DNA of 64,000 nt from Octopus sinensis (GCF_006345805.1 NC_043009.1:51088001-51152000); one strand, 5' to 3'. Positions 40,205 to 54,094 are shown, numbered from the stretch's first letter. Made by a program: numbers and translations. Notes: generated by a model from the letters alone, not told the origin.

Positions 40205-40660
40205 CATGTGCGCCTGCATAGGTAAGAAGTTTTCTTCCAATGCACAGTGTTCAGGGTTCAGTCTCACTTCTTGGCATCTCGAACAACTATCTTTCACTAT
40301 AGCACCGGGCTGTCCAATGCCTTTTGAATGAATTTGGAAGACAGGAACTGAAAGAGACCTGTCTTGTGTGTGTGTGTGTGTGTATGCGCGCGCTTCTGTG
40401 CGCTTGTGTATGGGTGTATATGAGTGCTTGTGCGTCTGTGAGTGTGTGTGTGTGTGTGAGAGTGCATATGCGTGCGCGAGTGCGTCTGTGCGTGAGTGCG
40501 CGCGCTTTTGTACTGGATAATCGTTTCACAATGGATTTTATTGTGTTGAGGTCCCCGTATGTAAACGTTAGTTGTTTCGATTCCTTCGCCTATAATTCTT
40601 CCATGCATACCTCCGCAGGGCCGCAGGGCCGCAGTCTAATGACTGAAATGAATAACAGAT
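40205..40660 (+). mobile_element. SINE family A, degenerate copy
   Basis: ggtaagaag..gggttcagtctcac..ggaactgaaagag..gccgcagtctaatgactgaaa. Confidence 0.7.
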
Positions 40661-41049
40661 AAATGATGAAGATATCTCCCTAGATTTATGTTAGCTTTGC
40701 CAATACACACTGTGTTGCGCATAAATGTTAATTAATTATTTAATCACAGCGTTGTAAAATATATGATGTGCAATGCAATCAAGAGCCATTACAACTAAAT
40801 TCTAGATTGTATTTGATTTAAGTAGTTATTTGCTATTAACTCTCGTCACGAACATATCAATGAAATGTAGGCTTCCTCTTCTAAGAATTCAACGATCTCA
40901 GAAAGAATTCAATGAAGTCTCATTTATTTTTTTCCTTGTACAAAAATAATATCCAAATGTATTTTCATTGCTTAAAGGTAGAGAGAGAAGAGCTTTAAAA
41001 CAGCATTTTAAAATATTTACAATTTATTTAGCTTTCCTAATATGGGGTG

Positions 41050-41205
41050 TGATGTTGGTGTATATTTATTACTTCCCAACCACATAGCTTCGAGTTCAGT
41101 CCCACTATGTGGCAACTTGGGCAAGTGTTTCTACGATCACCTTACCCCAACCAAAGCCTTGTGAGTGGATTTGGTACACTGGAACTGAAAGCAGCACGTC
41201 GTATA
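41050..41205 (+). mobile_element. SINE family A, 5' half
   Basis: cccaaccacatagc..gagttcagtcccactatgtggc..aaagccttgtgagtggatttgg. Confidence 0.75.
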
Positions 41206-41308
41206 TATATATATATATATAAATTCCAGTTAAATTCCAGTTAACGGCTAAACACTACGATCAATATTTAACGTTTGTGACTACAATTTGTTCCTAGTCA
41301 CTTGGTGA

Positions 41309-41408
41309 NNNNNNNNNNNNNNNNNNNNNNNNNNNNNNNNNNNNNNNNNNNNNNNNNNNNNNNNNNNNNNNNNNNNNNNNNNNNNNNNNNNNNNNNNNNN
41401 NNNNNNNN
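41309..41408. other. Assembly gap (100 N)
   Basis: Run of exactly 100 n; contiguity across it is unverified. Confidence 1.
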
Positions 41409-41925
41409 TCAATCTGTTATCAAATGCATGCAGCACAAGCAAAAATATTAATAATCGTATTGTGATAGCATTTTCTTACTGTTCAGCAAGTTTACATTCG
41501 CTGTTAAAAAATAATTTTTCAACAAGAAAAAAGAAAAATGAAAAAGAAAACAAAATCGTATCAACTCTTTCATTCAACACTCTTATATTCGCGCGTCAGG
41601 GATTTATAGAAACTGAGAGGCATTCTCGAACGATTTTATTGGCAAACAGCTGAATCTCGAACTACTCTGAACCATCACATCTCGATGTATCGTCGTGTAT
41701 TTTTTCTTATATATTGTCACGCTGCAACTCTTCACCAATCAGTCAAATACACAGAAATGCGCAATTGACGATTATGATGCACGAAAATTCAGCTTCAATT
41801 AAAGCGTACACACTATAGTATTTTTCCTTCGATTGTAAAAACAAACTCACATAAAATCAAGGTCACACAAACACACTTTCACATACACCCATAAAAATAC
41901 ATATATAATGTGTGTTTGTCTAAAC

Positions 41926-42576
41926 CAGTTGTTCACACCCGGGGTCCATATGGCCTTTGAGGTCCACATAAGATTTTATTAAAACGTATCTGCGATAATT
42001 TATTTATACTTCTACAACACTCAAAATGTTTTAACATTTTTTTTACACAATTCCTAATAATATCTCTATATATAAAACTGAAGTTGTCTGTGTATGGCAT
42101 GTTTGGTAGCCTTCAACTAACACTATCTCCTCCGAGACCCTGCGACGCAAGTTGAGAAAAATTACGAGTATGATAGAAGAAGGCTTGCTCTTTCTTCCGT
42201 AGAAGAAAAAATTCAAATCGGACCATGTTAACACCAAAAATTATTTACATCAAAAAGGTGCTTTTTTCTATGAAAATCCCTATTTTTTACGATTTTTTGA
42301 CAGCTGTGTCGCCAATTCCGGTGTATTTCAAGCAGAAAAATGTTCACTTAAAGAGAATAACAAGCTACATAATGCAAAATTTTTACTTTTCAAAAATTCC
42401 AATTCTAAAGGGTTGAAACAAACCCTAGGAACGCCGGGCGATACTGCTAGTGTAATTATAAAATATAATACGAATTTTAAAACATCGAATGTCTTGGCGT
42501 AGGGGGCTTCCATCCGAGTAAAATACCAATCGAATGGGTCCTTAGGTAAAAAAAAAAAAATGGTTAAAAAACACTG
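41926..42576. mobile_element. hAT-superfamily MITE with perfect 8-bp TSD, interrupted by a Helitron
   Basis: TSD GTCTAAAC at 41918-41925 and 42577-42584; ends cagttgttcacacc / ggttaaaaaacactg. Confidence 0.85.
42063..42450 (+). mobile_element. Non-autonomous Helitron
   Basis: A|TCTCTATATATAAAA start, GC-rich aacgccgggcg subterminal segment, CTAG|T end, no TSD. Confidence 0.8.
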
Positions 42577-43284
42577 GTCTAAACGAATAATTCTAATTTC
42601 TGTTAACCAGGCTATTGTTGAGTCTATGGTATTCCCTTGCAATGCGTCTGATTAACACTGAAAATGAATCTATTGCGTAGTCTATTTTAAGGGAGAATTA
42701 CGAAAGGGATGAATGTTAGCAATGCCGAGTGCCGAACAGAATGACTTAAAGTATGAGTGAATGATTAATGTACGATGGGATTTTGTACTGTATTCTAATT
42801 TATAGCATAAGAGGCAGAATGTAAACTACTGAGCGGCTTCTGAAGCGTCCATTTTTATACATGGATTTATAAATCACATTTTAAACACTTCAAGCACAAC
42901 TGGCCATATAATGGAGGAACTGCTGTGCATCGCAATTTTCTAAACTTTGTATTGTCAATTCTTTTATAATATATATTAAAATATCATATATTACATCGCT
43001 GTTGAAACGCTTGACATCTCTCGATTGCAGTAGTTTCTGCATAATATACCCCTGGGTTTCTTGTTATGAGGTCTAACTGCAATTGAAGAAAACCAAGAAA
43101 GGAAATTAACTCTGGCCATTACCTGGAATGTGACAAAAATGAGTTAGAAAAGTCAGATTTCTGCAATACGATAGTGTCCATAATAGTAATTTGTAAACAC
43201 AGGATCAAGTAGTCACATTTGTAAGACAGGAGTACCGAAGCTTCGAATGTCTCCCAGTGTATCACTGGTAATTATAGATTCAAG

Positions 43285-43480
43285 GGAATTGGCAGAATTC
43301 GTTACCGCGTCGGAAAAATGCATGTCGATATTTCTTCAAGTCCTTTATGTTTTGAGATGAAATGCCACCACGGTTGACTTCGCCTCTCAATCATTCCTGA
43401 GTCGATAAAATAAATACCAGCTGCGCACTGGGGTCGATGTGCTCGACTATCCCCCTCATCTTAAAACTGCTTGTTTGTGT
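43285..43480 (+). mobile_element. SINE family B, degenerate copy
   Basis: ttggcagaattcgtta..gttgacttcgcct..gcgcactggggtcgatg. Confidence 0.7.
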
Positions 43481-43600
43481 CATAACTTGAAAGAAAAATA
43501 TTATTGATTCAAGCTAGATTAAAAGTAAAGTTGCACTTGAAGAATATAATGTGTCTTGAATAGCACAACAATGCACTATAATCACTGTTATAATTTAATC

Positions 43601-44051
43601 GCTGTGTGGTAAGTAGCTTGCTTACCAACCACATGGTTCTAGGTTCATTCCCACTGTGTGGCACCTTGGGCAAGTGTCTTCTACTATAGCCTCGGGCCGA
43701 CCAAATCTTTGTGAGTGGATATGCTAGACGGAAACTGAAAGAAGTCCGTCGTATATATGTACATATGTGTGTGTGTGTGTGTGTGTGTCTGTGTGTGTGT
43801 ATGTGTGTGTGTGTGTATGTGTATGTGTGTGTGTGTGTATGTTTGTGTGTTTGTGTTTGTCCGCCAAGATCGCTTGACATCCGATGCTGGTGTGTTTACG
43901 TTCCCGTAATTTAGCGGTTCGGCAAAAGAAGCCGATAGAATAAGTACTAGGCTTACAAAGAATAAGTTCTGGGGTCGATGTGCTCGACTGAAAGCGGTGC
44001 TCCGGCATGGCCACAGTCCAATGACTGAAACAAGTAAAAGAGTAAAAGAGT
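43601..44051 (+). mobile_element. SINE family A with expanded internal (TG)n
   Basis: Colinear with 4771-5200. Confidence 0.9.
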
Positions 44052-44455
44052 CTGATATAATATTTCGGAATACAAAAATTTCTTTCTTCAGATATCCCTA
44101 CGAATTGATGGAGTTACTGCTATAATCGGTTTTTCTACGCTCCACCCCCCATCTCCGGATGCCTCTCTGCAGTGGTTTCCAAGACACATTACAAACAATA
44201 CACAATGCTTCAGACCGAGTTCGGAGTTAATCAAGCTATCAGAGAAACGTGCTAAAATCGCATGCCAAATAAAAAAGGCCGCCCTCACGCTCTTCTCATG
44301 AGGAATTCAGGAAGGAGCTTCGTGAGACCACTGCAGAGACGCTTCCGAAAAAAAAAAAAAAAAAAAGACGTTGGAAAACCGATTATAGCAGTGACTCGAT
44401 CAATTCCTAGGGATATCTGAAGAATAAATTTTTGTATTTCGAAATATTATACCAG
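44052..44455. mobile_element. Foldback/MITE element with long inverted arms
   Basis: ctgatataatatttcggaatac..cttcagatatccctacgaattgatggagttactgctataatcgg pairs with the right end; tctctgcagtgg pairs with ccactgcagaga. Confidence 0.85.
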
Positions 44456-45224
44456 GCTATATATGATTAAATTATATCATTTATTATAACATTATAACAT
44501 TTATTATAGTCCATAGTTGTTATTATAGTGCATAGTTGTGCCATTTCAGACACATTATATTTTGCAAACAATACACAAAGCTTCAAGTGAACTACAATAC
44601 TCTCCTGCATATTATGTTTCGAAAAGTCTTCAACGTAAATGTCTGATTTTGTAATATCGATGTCACAACGACTGAAATTTAATAAGATGAACATATGGCG
44701 CTTGTATTCTTGAGCAAGATACTTCACTTACGTTGCTCCAGTCTAAGTCTACTCTGCCGAAAATGAGTACTGGTCTAATGCTGATGGAAACTTCTCTTCC
44801 TCTAGCCATCACACTATTAGTCTTCATCTGAGTAAAGGTGGCTAGTGCTTACTTGCGACTATAAAAGCCCTTAAAATAATTAGCAAAAGCATCGTACATG
44901 TTAGTATATGATACTGGATTGCAAGTGATGGGTGTGATTGATCTCAAGAACATGAATGCCAAGAACTTACAATACTCGTTCCCAACACAGCGAGTGGATA
45001 GTTATGAGCTGACTAGACTGTTATATGAATTCTCTTCTAAAGTTACAGAACTAACTTCGCTGTACGTTCAAACATAGGTTTACATTGTATATGATCAGAC
45101 AATAGCAAATTCTCTCATTCTTCAGCTTAAATACTGGATTATGTGACGGATTTCCTTGCTAGAAATAATTACCATATCTCCGTCTACATCACTACTGAAT
45201 GCCTTAAGTAAGAAAAGGACATAT

Positions 45225-45643
45225 ATAGGCGCAGGAGTGGCTGTGTGGTAAGTAGCTTGCTAACCAACCACATGGTTTCGGGTTCAGTCCCACTGCGTGG
45301 CATCTTGGGCAAGTGTCTTCTGCTATAGCCCCGGGCCGACCAATGGCTTCTGAGTGGATTTGGTAGACGGAAACTGAAAGAAGCCTGTCGTATATATGTA
45401 TTATATATATATAAGTGTGTGTGCATATGTTTGTGTGTCTGTGTTTGTCCCCCTAGCAGCTTGACAACCGATTGCTGGTCTGTTTACGTCTCCGTCACCT
45501 AGCGGTCGGCAAAAGAGACCGATAGAATAAGTACTGGGCTTACAAAGATAAGTCCGGGGTCGATTTGCTCGACTAAATGCGGTGCTCCAGCATGGCCGCA
45601 GTCAAATGACTGAAACAAGTAAAAGAGTAAAAGAGTAAAGAGT
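45225..45643 (+). mobile_element. SINE family A, young subfamily copy
   Basis: Diagnostic variants gctaaccaacc and ttctgctatagccccgggccgaccaatg. Confidence 0.93.
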
Positions 45644-46466
45644 ATTTGATACTGTAACCCAATAAGCAGATTTTTTTTCTTTTTAAATTAGTGAATGGAT
45701 AACTCGATATTGAATGAAATAATTTTGAGTGAGTGAAACAGGATAGTGAATGAAACAGGAAGGTGAATGAAACAGGATGACCGAATAAAAGAAGACCAAA
45801 AGCCTTAATTGCTCAGATATATTAATTTCCATAATTAACGATGTCATTAACATTAAAATGGTTAATTCGTTCTTATGGCTTTTACTGGCAGTGGAACCGG
45901 TAATTTGATATGATTTTCTCTCTACCAATTTTTTTTATTATTAATTACAAACTAGCAGGATATTTCCCAAATTTAGTGTAGTATACCCTTTTAGGGAACA
46001 TCAAGCAAGTTACCGGAATCATAAATTTATAAATGGCAGCCCTAGAAGAATTGCTGTAGGCAACTGTTGAAGTGTAAATTTCACTTCACGTTGCCAATTT
46101 GGTTGTTTTCCTGATGGAACTAGAATTCTATAAATATTTATATTTTTAGTTAACGTCAATCCTCAAGCACGTATTTGCATCAGGCAATAAGAATTCTAAC
46201 TATTTTAAAGTAATTTGAGCCCCGTTCTTTGGTAATATAAAGTCAGACTGTGCCATTTTCTTGCAGTCATAAATAGCGGGGTTTTTTTTCTTTCCTTCTA
46301 GAAAATTTTGCCTTTTACGAGTTTGATTTGGTAATTCTCGTTACAACACGATTGGTGCAGACACAGCCTCGGAAGTGTAGGAACAGCCTGCGGGTAACTC
46401 TGTTGAAAAAATTTAGGCCAAGCATATCCGGTGTATCGACGATAGTTAGGACTAACATATATTATT

Positions 46467-46509
<43 letters not shown>

Positions 46510-46733
46510 ACGCATGTGGAATTGTTGAAAAGTTTCTGAGTTCTTTTACAACGCTTCGGACCGCTGCAAGGACCACTGCAATAGGTGTGGGAATCTGAGA
46601 AGGGAAAATGTTGAATAAAATCATAACTGATAAGCCTGTATTTTCTTTTATCCAAAGTCAAGAACTTTCCAGCACACACTCATATATGTATGCATGTATG
46701 CATGTATACGTGTGTGTGCGTGCGTGTGTGTGC

Positions 46734-46770
<37 letters not shown>

Positions 46771-47057
46771 TGTGTGTATGGACGGACGGGTGGATGGAAA
46801 ACCTCAAGAATTGTATATTGTATGTTTAAAAAATTTCTTCAAAATTTTCGTTTTCATTAGAGACTGGATACTTGCTGCACTGATTAGGATAAATTATTTG
46901 CAGGAATTACTACAATTATGCAATTATGGCCTCATGGAGCTAATAAGCGGACAGCTTTATTCTTATTTTTATAAGAATGCCATATTAGTATGGCGATAAC
47001 TAATATTTTCCGGGAACGCTGCCGTTGTTCTCTTTTAGAGAGACTTAGTAATTTTAA

Positions 47058-47126
<69 letters not shown>

Positions 47127-47523
47127 GTATGTATGTTATATATAATGTAAAAACTAATTTCTGCGTGTCAGCGTGTCACACTTAGACCCTCTCTCTTACT
47201 ATTCAATGATCTACTATTCTCCATGATGGGGTAAGAGTAATAGTAGGAATAAAGACGGAGAGGGCGGTGGCGAAGACAGACAGACAGACAGACAGAGAGA
47301 GGGAGGAGAGAAAGAGAGAGAAATAAATTTAGGGAGAGCTGGTGTTGTTTTATGAAAAGTAGTAGTGTTGATGGTGGTAGTGGGGTTAATAATAAAATAG
47401 AAAGAAAGATTGGGTATTTGAGAGAAAGAGGGAGATGTTTTACTATGTCTGTTTTACAGAAATCCTATCGCCAACATACTGAACACTAACATTTTTGTTA
47501 TATTCTTTGCTTTCTTCAACACA

Positions 47524-47576
<53 letters not shown>

Positions 47577-47940
47577 TAAAATACACTTTAATTGAAATAA
47601 AGTTTCCCCAAAATTAAACATTTCTAATATAATAAATGTCAGTGTGTCACACGTTTTCAACTTTAATAAATCTTTTCTACTGGAAACACAAGGCCTCAAA
47701 TTTTGGAGGAAGGGATTAAATCGATTACATCGACCCCAGTACGTAACTGGTACTAATTTTATCGAACCCGTGAGATTTTGTGACAAATTTTTTTGTATAA
47801 TAACAATTTTTCTAACCTAAAGGTTAACTCCGCGAGTAAATTAAAAACCGTCTGGTCCGAATCCGGACCTGCAATCCTGTGAAATGTTAGATTCCTATGC
47901 TTTCATTACTTGGATTGTTTTTGGTGATTTTCCTACTCCC

Positions 47941-48355
47941 TTACTCTTTACTCTTTTACTTGTTTTAGTCATTTGACTGCGGCCATGCTGGAGCACCGCC
48001 TTTAGTCGAGCAAATCGACCCCGGGACTTATTCTTTTTGTAAGCCCTGTACTTATTCTATCGGTCTCTTTTGCCGAACCGCTAAGTGACGGGGACGTAAA
48101 AACACCAGCATCGGTTGTCAAGCAATGCTAGGGGGACAAACACAGACACACAAACATATACACACACACTTATATATATATACATATATACGACAAGCTT
48201 CTTTCAGTTTCCGTCTACCAAATCCACTCACAAGGCATTGGTCGGCCCGGGGCTATAGCAGAAGACACTTGCCCAAGATGCCACGGAGTGAGACTGAACC
48301 CGGAACCATGTGGTTGGTTAGCAAGCTACTTACCACACAGCCACTCCTGCGCCTA
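47941..48355 (-). mobile_element. SINE family A, same young subfamily, inverted relative to 45225-45643
   Basis: Shares the same diagnostic variants. Confidence 0.93.
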
Positions 48356-48486
48356 CAAGTGCTTTTTCTTTTTGCGATGAATAAGATCATCATTAAAATA
48401 CGATTCTGGACGAAGCAATTCTCCAAAAGAGTGAGAGATCTATTTGCAGATCTTTCCGTTCAGGGTCAGTTGCTTAAAAGCTAATA

Positions 48487-49057
48487 CACTTGCGTCGGAA
48501 ATTAATTAGCACTTCTCAAATTTCTACATTTTCTTACATTTTCTTAATTTAATTAACTTATTATCAGAAACGAACTCGTTTTTAATCAAAAATTTATTAA
48601 AACATATCCCAGCACACCACATAATTGTTATTAATCGTGAAATTTAGTCAATATCTTGTTGCACCTCCTTTGGCAGCAATGACAGCTGCTACGCGGGTCG
48701 GCATGCTGTCTATGAGTGCCTGCAGGTACCGTGCAGGGATGGCCCCTCATGCAGCAAGAAGTGCCCCAAACCCAACAGCTCGTGTCGGTTCCTGTATTGC
48801 TGCACATTCAAATCCCTACCCAATCGACTCCAGAGGTTCTCAATAGGGTTCAGGTCAGTGACTGGCCAGCACGTACTCCTCGCCACCAAAGAGGTATCCC
48901 GTACTATCTCAACGTTCTTTGCTGCGTTGATGTTGCCTTCGACGGCATAGAGCCGCCCAACACCACTGTAGCTGAACGCCCCTCACACCACCAGACCACC
49001 CCCACCATGCTTCATGGTGAGCAAATCAAGGGTGCTAATTAATTTCTGACGGTAGTG
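48487..49057 (-). mobile_element. Internally deleted Tc1 transposon (C-terminal DDE half retained)
   Basis: TIRs cacttgcgtcggaaattaattagcac / gtgctaattaatttctgacggtagtg with TA flanks; TMKHGGGGLVV*GAFSYSGVG..WPVTDLNPIENLW..IDSMPTRVAAVIAAKGGATRY*. Confidence 0.92.
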
Positions 49058-50088
49058 TATATATATACACACACACACAGAGTGAGAGACATAGAGAGAG
49101 AGAGAGAGAGAGACAAAAAGAGAAAGAGGAAGAGAGAGAAGGAGCTATGTATCAATGCACATATATTCAGAAGATAAACACATATACAAGCATATAGCTA
49201 TTAATATATATAGAAAATTACATTTACATGAAGCAAAAAAGTACAGTATAGTATAGAGAAAGTACGTAGAGTTTTTTAACTCGACAGCTGCTTCTGGGAG
49301 CTCGGAATTACGTAACGGTTTTCACGTTAATAATTAGCAGCGGGAACGTGCAAATCATAAAGTATACGCAACTAGTAAATGGTGATATAGGGACATTTTG
49401 CTGATTTCTTCCCCTGATGAAGGTAGCCAGTATTATCATAATGTGGCTTCAGTAACTTTCACCGACATAATTTTGGATGTTGAGATATATAATTTCACCC
49501 AGTATCGCAGATACGGGGTTCAGGGTGTGGTCTGCCCTGTGCGACGATTTTACAAGGGTAGCACGTTTTAGGTTTGCAATATAAGTCTTTATAGGCTGCG
49601 GGGGGGGGGGGGTCAAGAGATGGGGGCATCAAAGTGACAGACTGCTCCAGGACAGTATATACTCTACAAATAATTAACGACGCTATTCTCTACAAATACA
49701 TGAAATAAATATTTTAAAAACTAGTGTTTCTGAGAGTGTGTGTATTAATTAATACCTGTACATATGTATAAGCGTGTCTATGTGTGTTTGTGAGTGTATT
49801 ACTGTGTGTATCAAAATGTGAGCGTGCATGTATATGTGTGTGTATGTGCGTGTGTGTAAATATGTATGTACCCTTCACTCTTATGTTTGTTTACGTATCA
49901 TAGTTCTCTATTGTAAACATATAAAACTTCTCAATCAATGCATGTTTTTATCAGTTTATCAAGTTACGTGAACCACTATTTTCATTCACGTACACATACG
50001 AACACATACATGCATACATACATACATACATACATACATACATACATACATACACACATAAAAATGTTCGCATGTATGCCTGTATGCT

Positions 50089-50169
<81 letters not shown>

Positions 50170-50261
50170 AATAATATATTATATATATATATAATGTATA
50201 TATGTATATATCTATATCTATATATATATGTATATATATATATAATATATATATATATATA

Positions 50262-50321
<60 letters not shown>

Positions 50322-50400
50322 GATAGATAGATATATTTATCTATCTATATATATATTTATATGTATATATATATATATATATAACACATATATATATTAT

Positions 50401-50446
<46 letters not shown>

Positions 50447-50929
50447 ACGCATGCACATATAAGTATACCCATATATCAATATATTCTGTTCTATCTTATC
50501 TTTATTCTTTATGTATCTATAGGTTTGCGTATGATTATATATATATATATATATTATATACATACACGTATATATTCATGAGTTTCTATACGTATATATA
50601 CACATACACGCATACACACACGCTCACACACATACATTTATATGCATATGCGTGTAAGTTTTTTTTTTATATATATATCATGTTCTCAGTCAGCCACATG
50701 TGTATATATTGAGGTGTATATCAAGTCAGTCACGAAAAGATACATTTAATGACAAATGTATTTTAATCTTGGACAAAATCTTCAAACGCGATATCAACCA
50801 TTTTATTTCAGAACATGAAAGCTTAGAATTTGATGCCGATTAAAGTGCGTGTGTCTATGTGTCAGTGTTTGTATATGTGTGCGAGTGCGTGAGTATATGT
50901 GTGTAATGTATGCGCGTGTTTCTGTGTTG

Positions 50930-50974
50930 GCATGTGTATAAGTATGTATGTATGTATGTATGTATGTTTGTATG

Positions 50975-51006
<32 letters not shown>

Positions 51007-51566
51007 TGCATCTATGTATGAATGTTCGTATGTATGTATGTAATGTATGTATGAATGTACATATGTACGTATGTACGTATGTATGTATGTATGTATGTAT
51101 GTATGTATGTATGTGTGTATGTATGTATGTATGTATGTATGTATGTATATATGTATGTATGTATGTATGCATGTACGTATGTATGAATGTACGTATGTAC
51201 GTATGTATGTATGCATGTATGTATGAATGTACGTATGTACGTATGTATGTATGTATGTATGGTATGTATGTATGTATGTATGTATGTATGTATGTATGTA
51301 TGTATGTATGTATGTATGTATGCATGTACGTATGTATGTATGTATGTATGCATGTACGTATGTATGTATGTATGAATGTACGTATGTACGTATGTACGTA
51401 TGTATGTATGCATATATGTATGAATGTACGTATGTATGTATGTATGAATGTACGTATGTACGTATGTATGTATGTATGTATGAATGTACGTATGTACGTA
51501 TGTACGTATGTATGTATGTATGTATGTATGTATGTATGTATGTACGTATGTACGTATGTATGTATG

Positions 51567-51600
<34 letters not shown>

Positions 51601-51914
51601 TGTATGTATGTACGTATGTATGTATGTATGAATGTACGTATGTACGTATGTACGTATGTACGTATGTACGTATGTATGTATGTATGTATGTATGTATAGT
51701 ATGTATGTATGTAATGATGTATGTATGTATGTATGTTATATGTATGTATGTGTGTATGTGGTATGCATGTATGTGTGTATGTACGTAATGTATGCATGTA
51801 TGTATGTATGCATGTACGTATGTATGTATGTATGATGTACGTATACGTATTTACGTATTACGTATGTATTATGTATGTTATGTATGTATGTTGTATTTTA
51901 TGTATGTATGTATG

Positions 51915-51945
<31 letters not shown>
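50930..51945. repeat. ~1-kb (TATG)n array with a recurring aatgtacg/tacg variant block
   Basis: Direct reading. Confidence 0.97.
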
Positions 51946-51947
<2 letters not shown>

Positions 51948-53049
51948 CTGTGTGTCTCTCTCTTCGTGTGTTTCTGCGATGTCAATGTTACTGAATCTGT
52001 ATGTGTGAGAGAGATAAAGTTAGGTGTCGATGTAAAATTTTATATATGTGCGTTTATGGGTTTGTGTGTTTGTGCGTATGTGTGTATGCTTATGTGCGTG
52101 TGTATGTGTTTGTGTATGTGTTTGTGTATGTGTTTGTGTATGTGTTTGTGTATGTGTGTGTGTGGAGAGAGAGATAGAGAGAGAAGGAAAGAGTTTACCC
52201 GTGCGCGGGCATGTGAATGCATGTGCTTGCTTATGTGTGTGTTTTCATGTAACTAAGTGTAAGCATACGTGTTGTTGTTGTGTGTGTGTGTGTGTGTGCC
52301 ATGCGCACATGAGTGTGTATGTGTGTGTATGTGTGTATGTATGAGCGTGTGCTTGTGTGTGTGAATGAGTGTATATATGCGTGTATGTGTATTTGTGTTT
52401 GTATGTGTGTGTGTGTGTATGTATGATATGTGTGAATGTGCGTATGTATGCGTAAATTTGTGTGTATACATGTGTGAATATGTGTATGTGTCTATGTGTG
52501 TGGGCATGTATGCGTGCGTGTGTATCTATGTGTAGATTGTGTGTATGTGTGTGCGTACGAACATGTTTTTATGTAACTGACTCTACAGCGTTGACATGTG
52601 TAAATGTACGTGCGTATGTGCATATCTGTGTCTATGCATGTTTGTATGTGTGCATGTGCGTGCGTGTCTGTTTACGTGCGTGCGTATTCGTCTGTGTGCG
52701 TATGTGTGCGTGTATCTATATTTGTATGGTGGCGCAGTGTCGAAATGTATGAATGTGTATGTGAGAGTTACTGTTTGCTTGTTTGATGTCACTGTAGGAA
52801 TTCATACTTGCGTGTGCGTAGGTGTTTGTATGTCAGTTTGTCCGTATGTATGTATGTATGTATGTATGTATGTATGTATGTATGTATGTATGTATGTATG
52901 TATGTATGTATGTATGTATGTATGTTTGTATCTATGCATATAAGTAGGTATATACGCAAGTATGTATGTATGCATATAAATATGTATGTACGTAAGTATG
53001 TATGTATGTTTATATGTATTTATGTATGTAAATATGTATGTATGTATAA

Positions 53050-53097
<48 letters not shown>

Positions 53098-53379
53098 TCA
53101 TTCATCGAGCTAAAAAGAGCAGTCAAATCTCTTCAAATCACGCTCATCCATCATTCAAGAGCGAAATATAAGGGGCTATTTCAGATACAGACACGGTACG
53201 CTGGAAAAATAAGTTATGATGGTCATAGTAGGAACGCTTTTGATCACAACTGAGCTTGATCAGGGGCGCGCCTGATTCTAAACAATAACAACGCGCATAG
53301 CATCAGTGGCGGAGACATTCTCCACTACAAGCCAACGAACATTAATAACAATTATGTCAAAGACGACTACAACAAAAAG

Positions 53380-53654
53380 AAGAAGAAGAAGAAGAAGAAG
53401 AAGAAGAAGAAGAAGAAGAAGAACAACAACAACAACAACAGCAACAACAACAATAACAACAACAACAGCAGCAGCAGCAGTAATAAGAATCAAGGAAAAC
53501 GTGAACAACAGCAATAATACTCGGCCAACAAAGATTGCTTTTGTCTGTCAAGAAGCAATATTAAACGCGCCTTCATAAACTCCACTCATGCCATTCAATA
53601 GCGACCAACAACAATGGTTATAAACAGTGACAACGAAATGAAGAATAACAATAA

Positions 53655-53687
<33 letters not shown>

Positions 53688-53785
53688 CGGTGACTACGAT
53701 AATGATGTTCCCCTCGTCTATGTCCCTGTGGCTAATAAGATATATAATAATAATAACAACAACAACCACAACAACAACAATAATA

Positions 53786-53833
<48 letters not shown>

Positions 53834-54032
53834 GTAATAATAATAATGATGATGGTGGTGGTGGAGGTATTTGTGGGGATGGGAGTGGTTGTGGTGATTA
53901 TGATGATGATGATGATGATGATGAGACGATGATGATGACGATGATTATGACGATTGATGATGATGATGATGATGATTATGATATGATGATGATGATGATG
54001 ATGATGACGATGATGAGGACGATGATGATGAC

Positions 54033-54079
<47 letters not shown>

Positions 54080-54094
54080 CGACGACGACGATGA

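Noticed and set aside
53255-53275. gatcaggggcgcg as a CTCF site
   Set aside because: One base short in the AGRKGGC core, with a poor 5' match.
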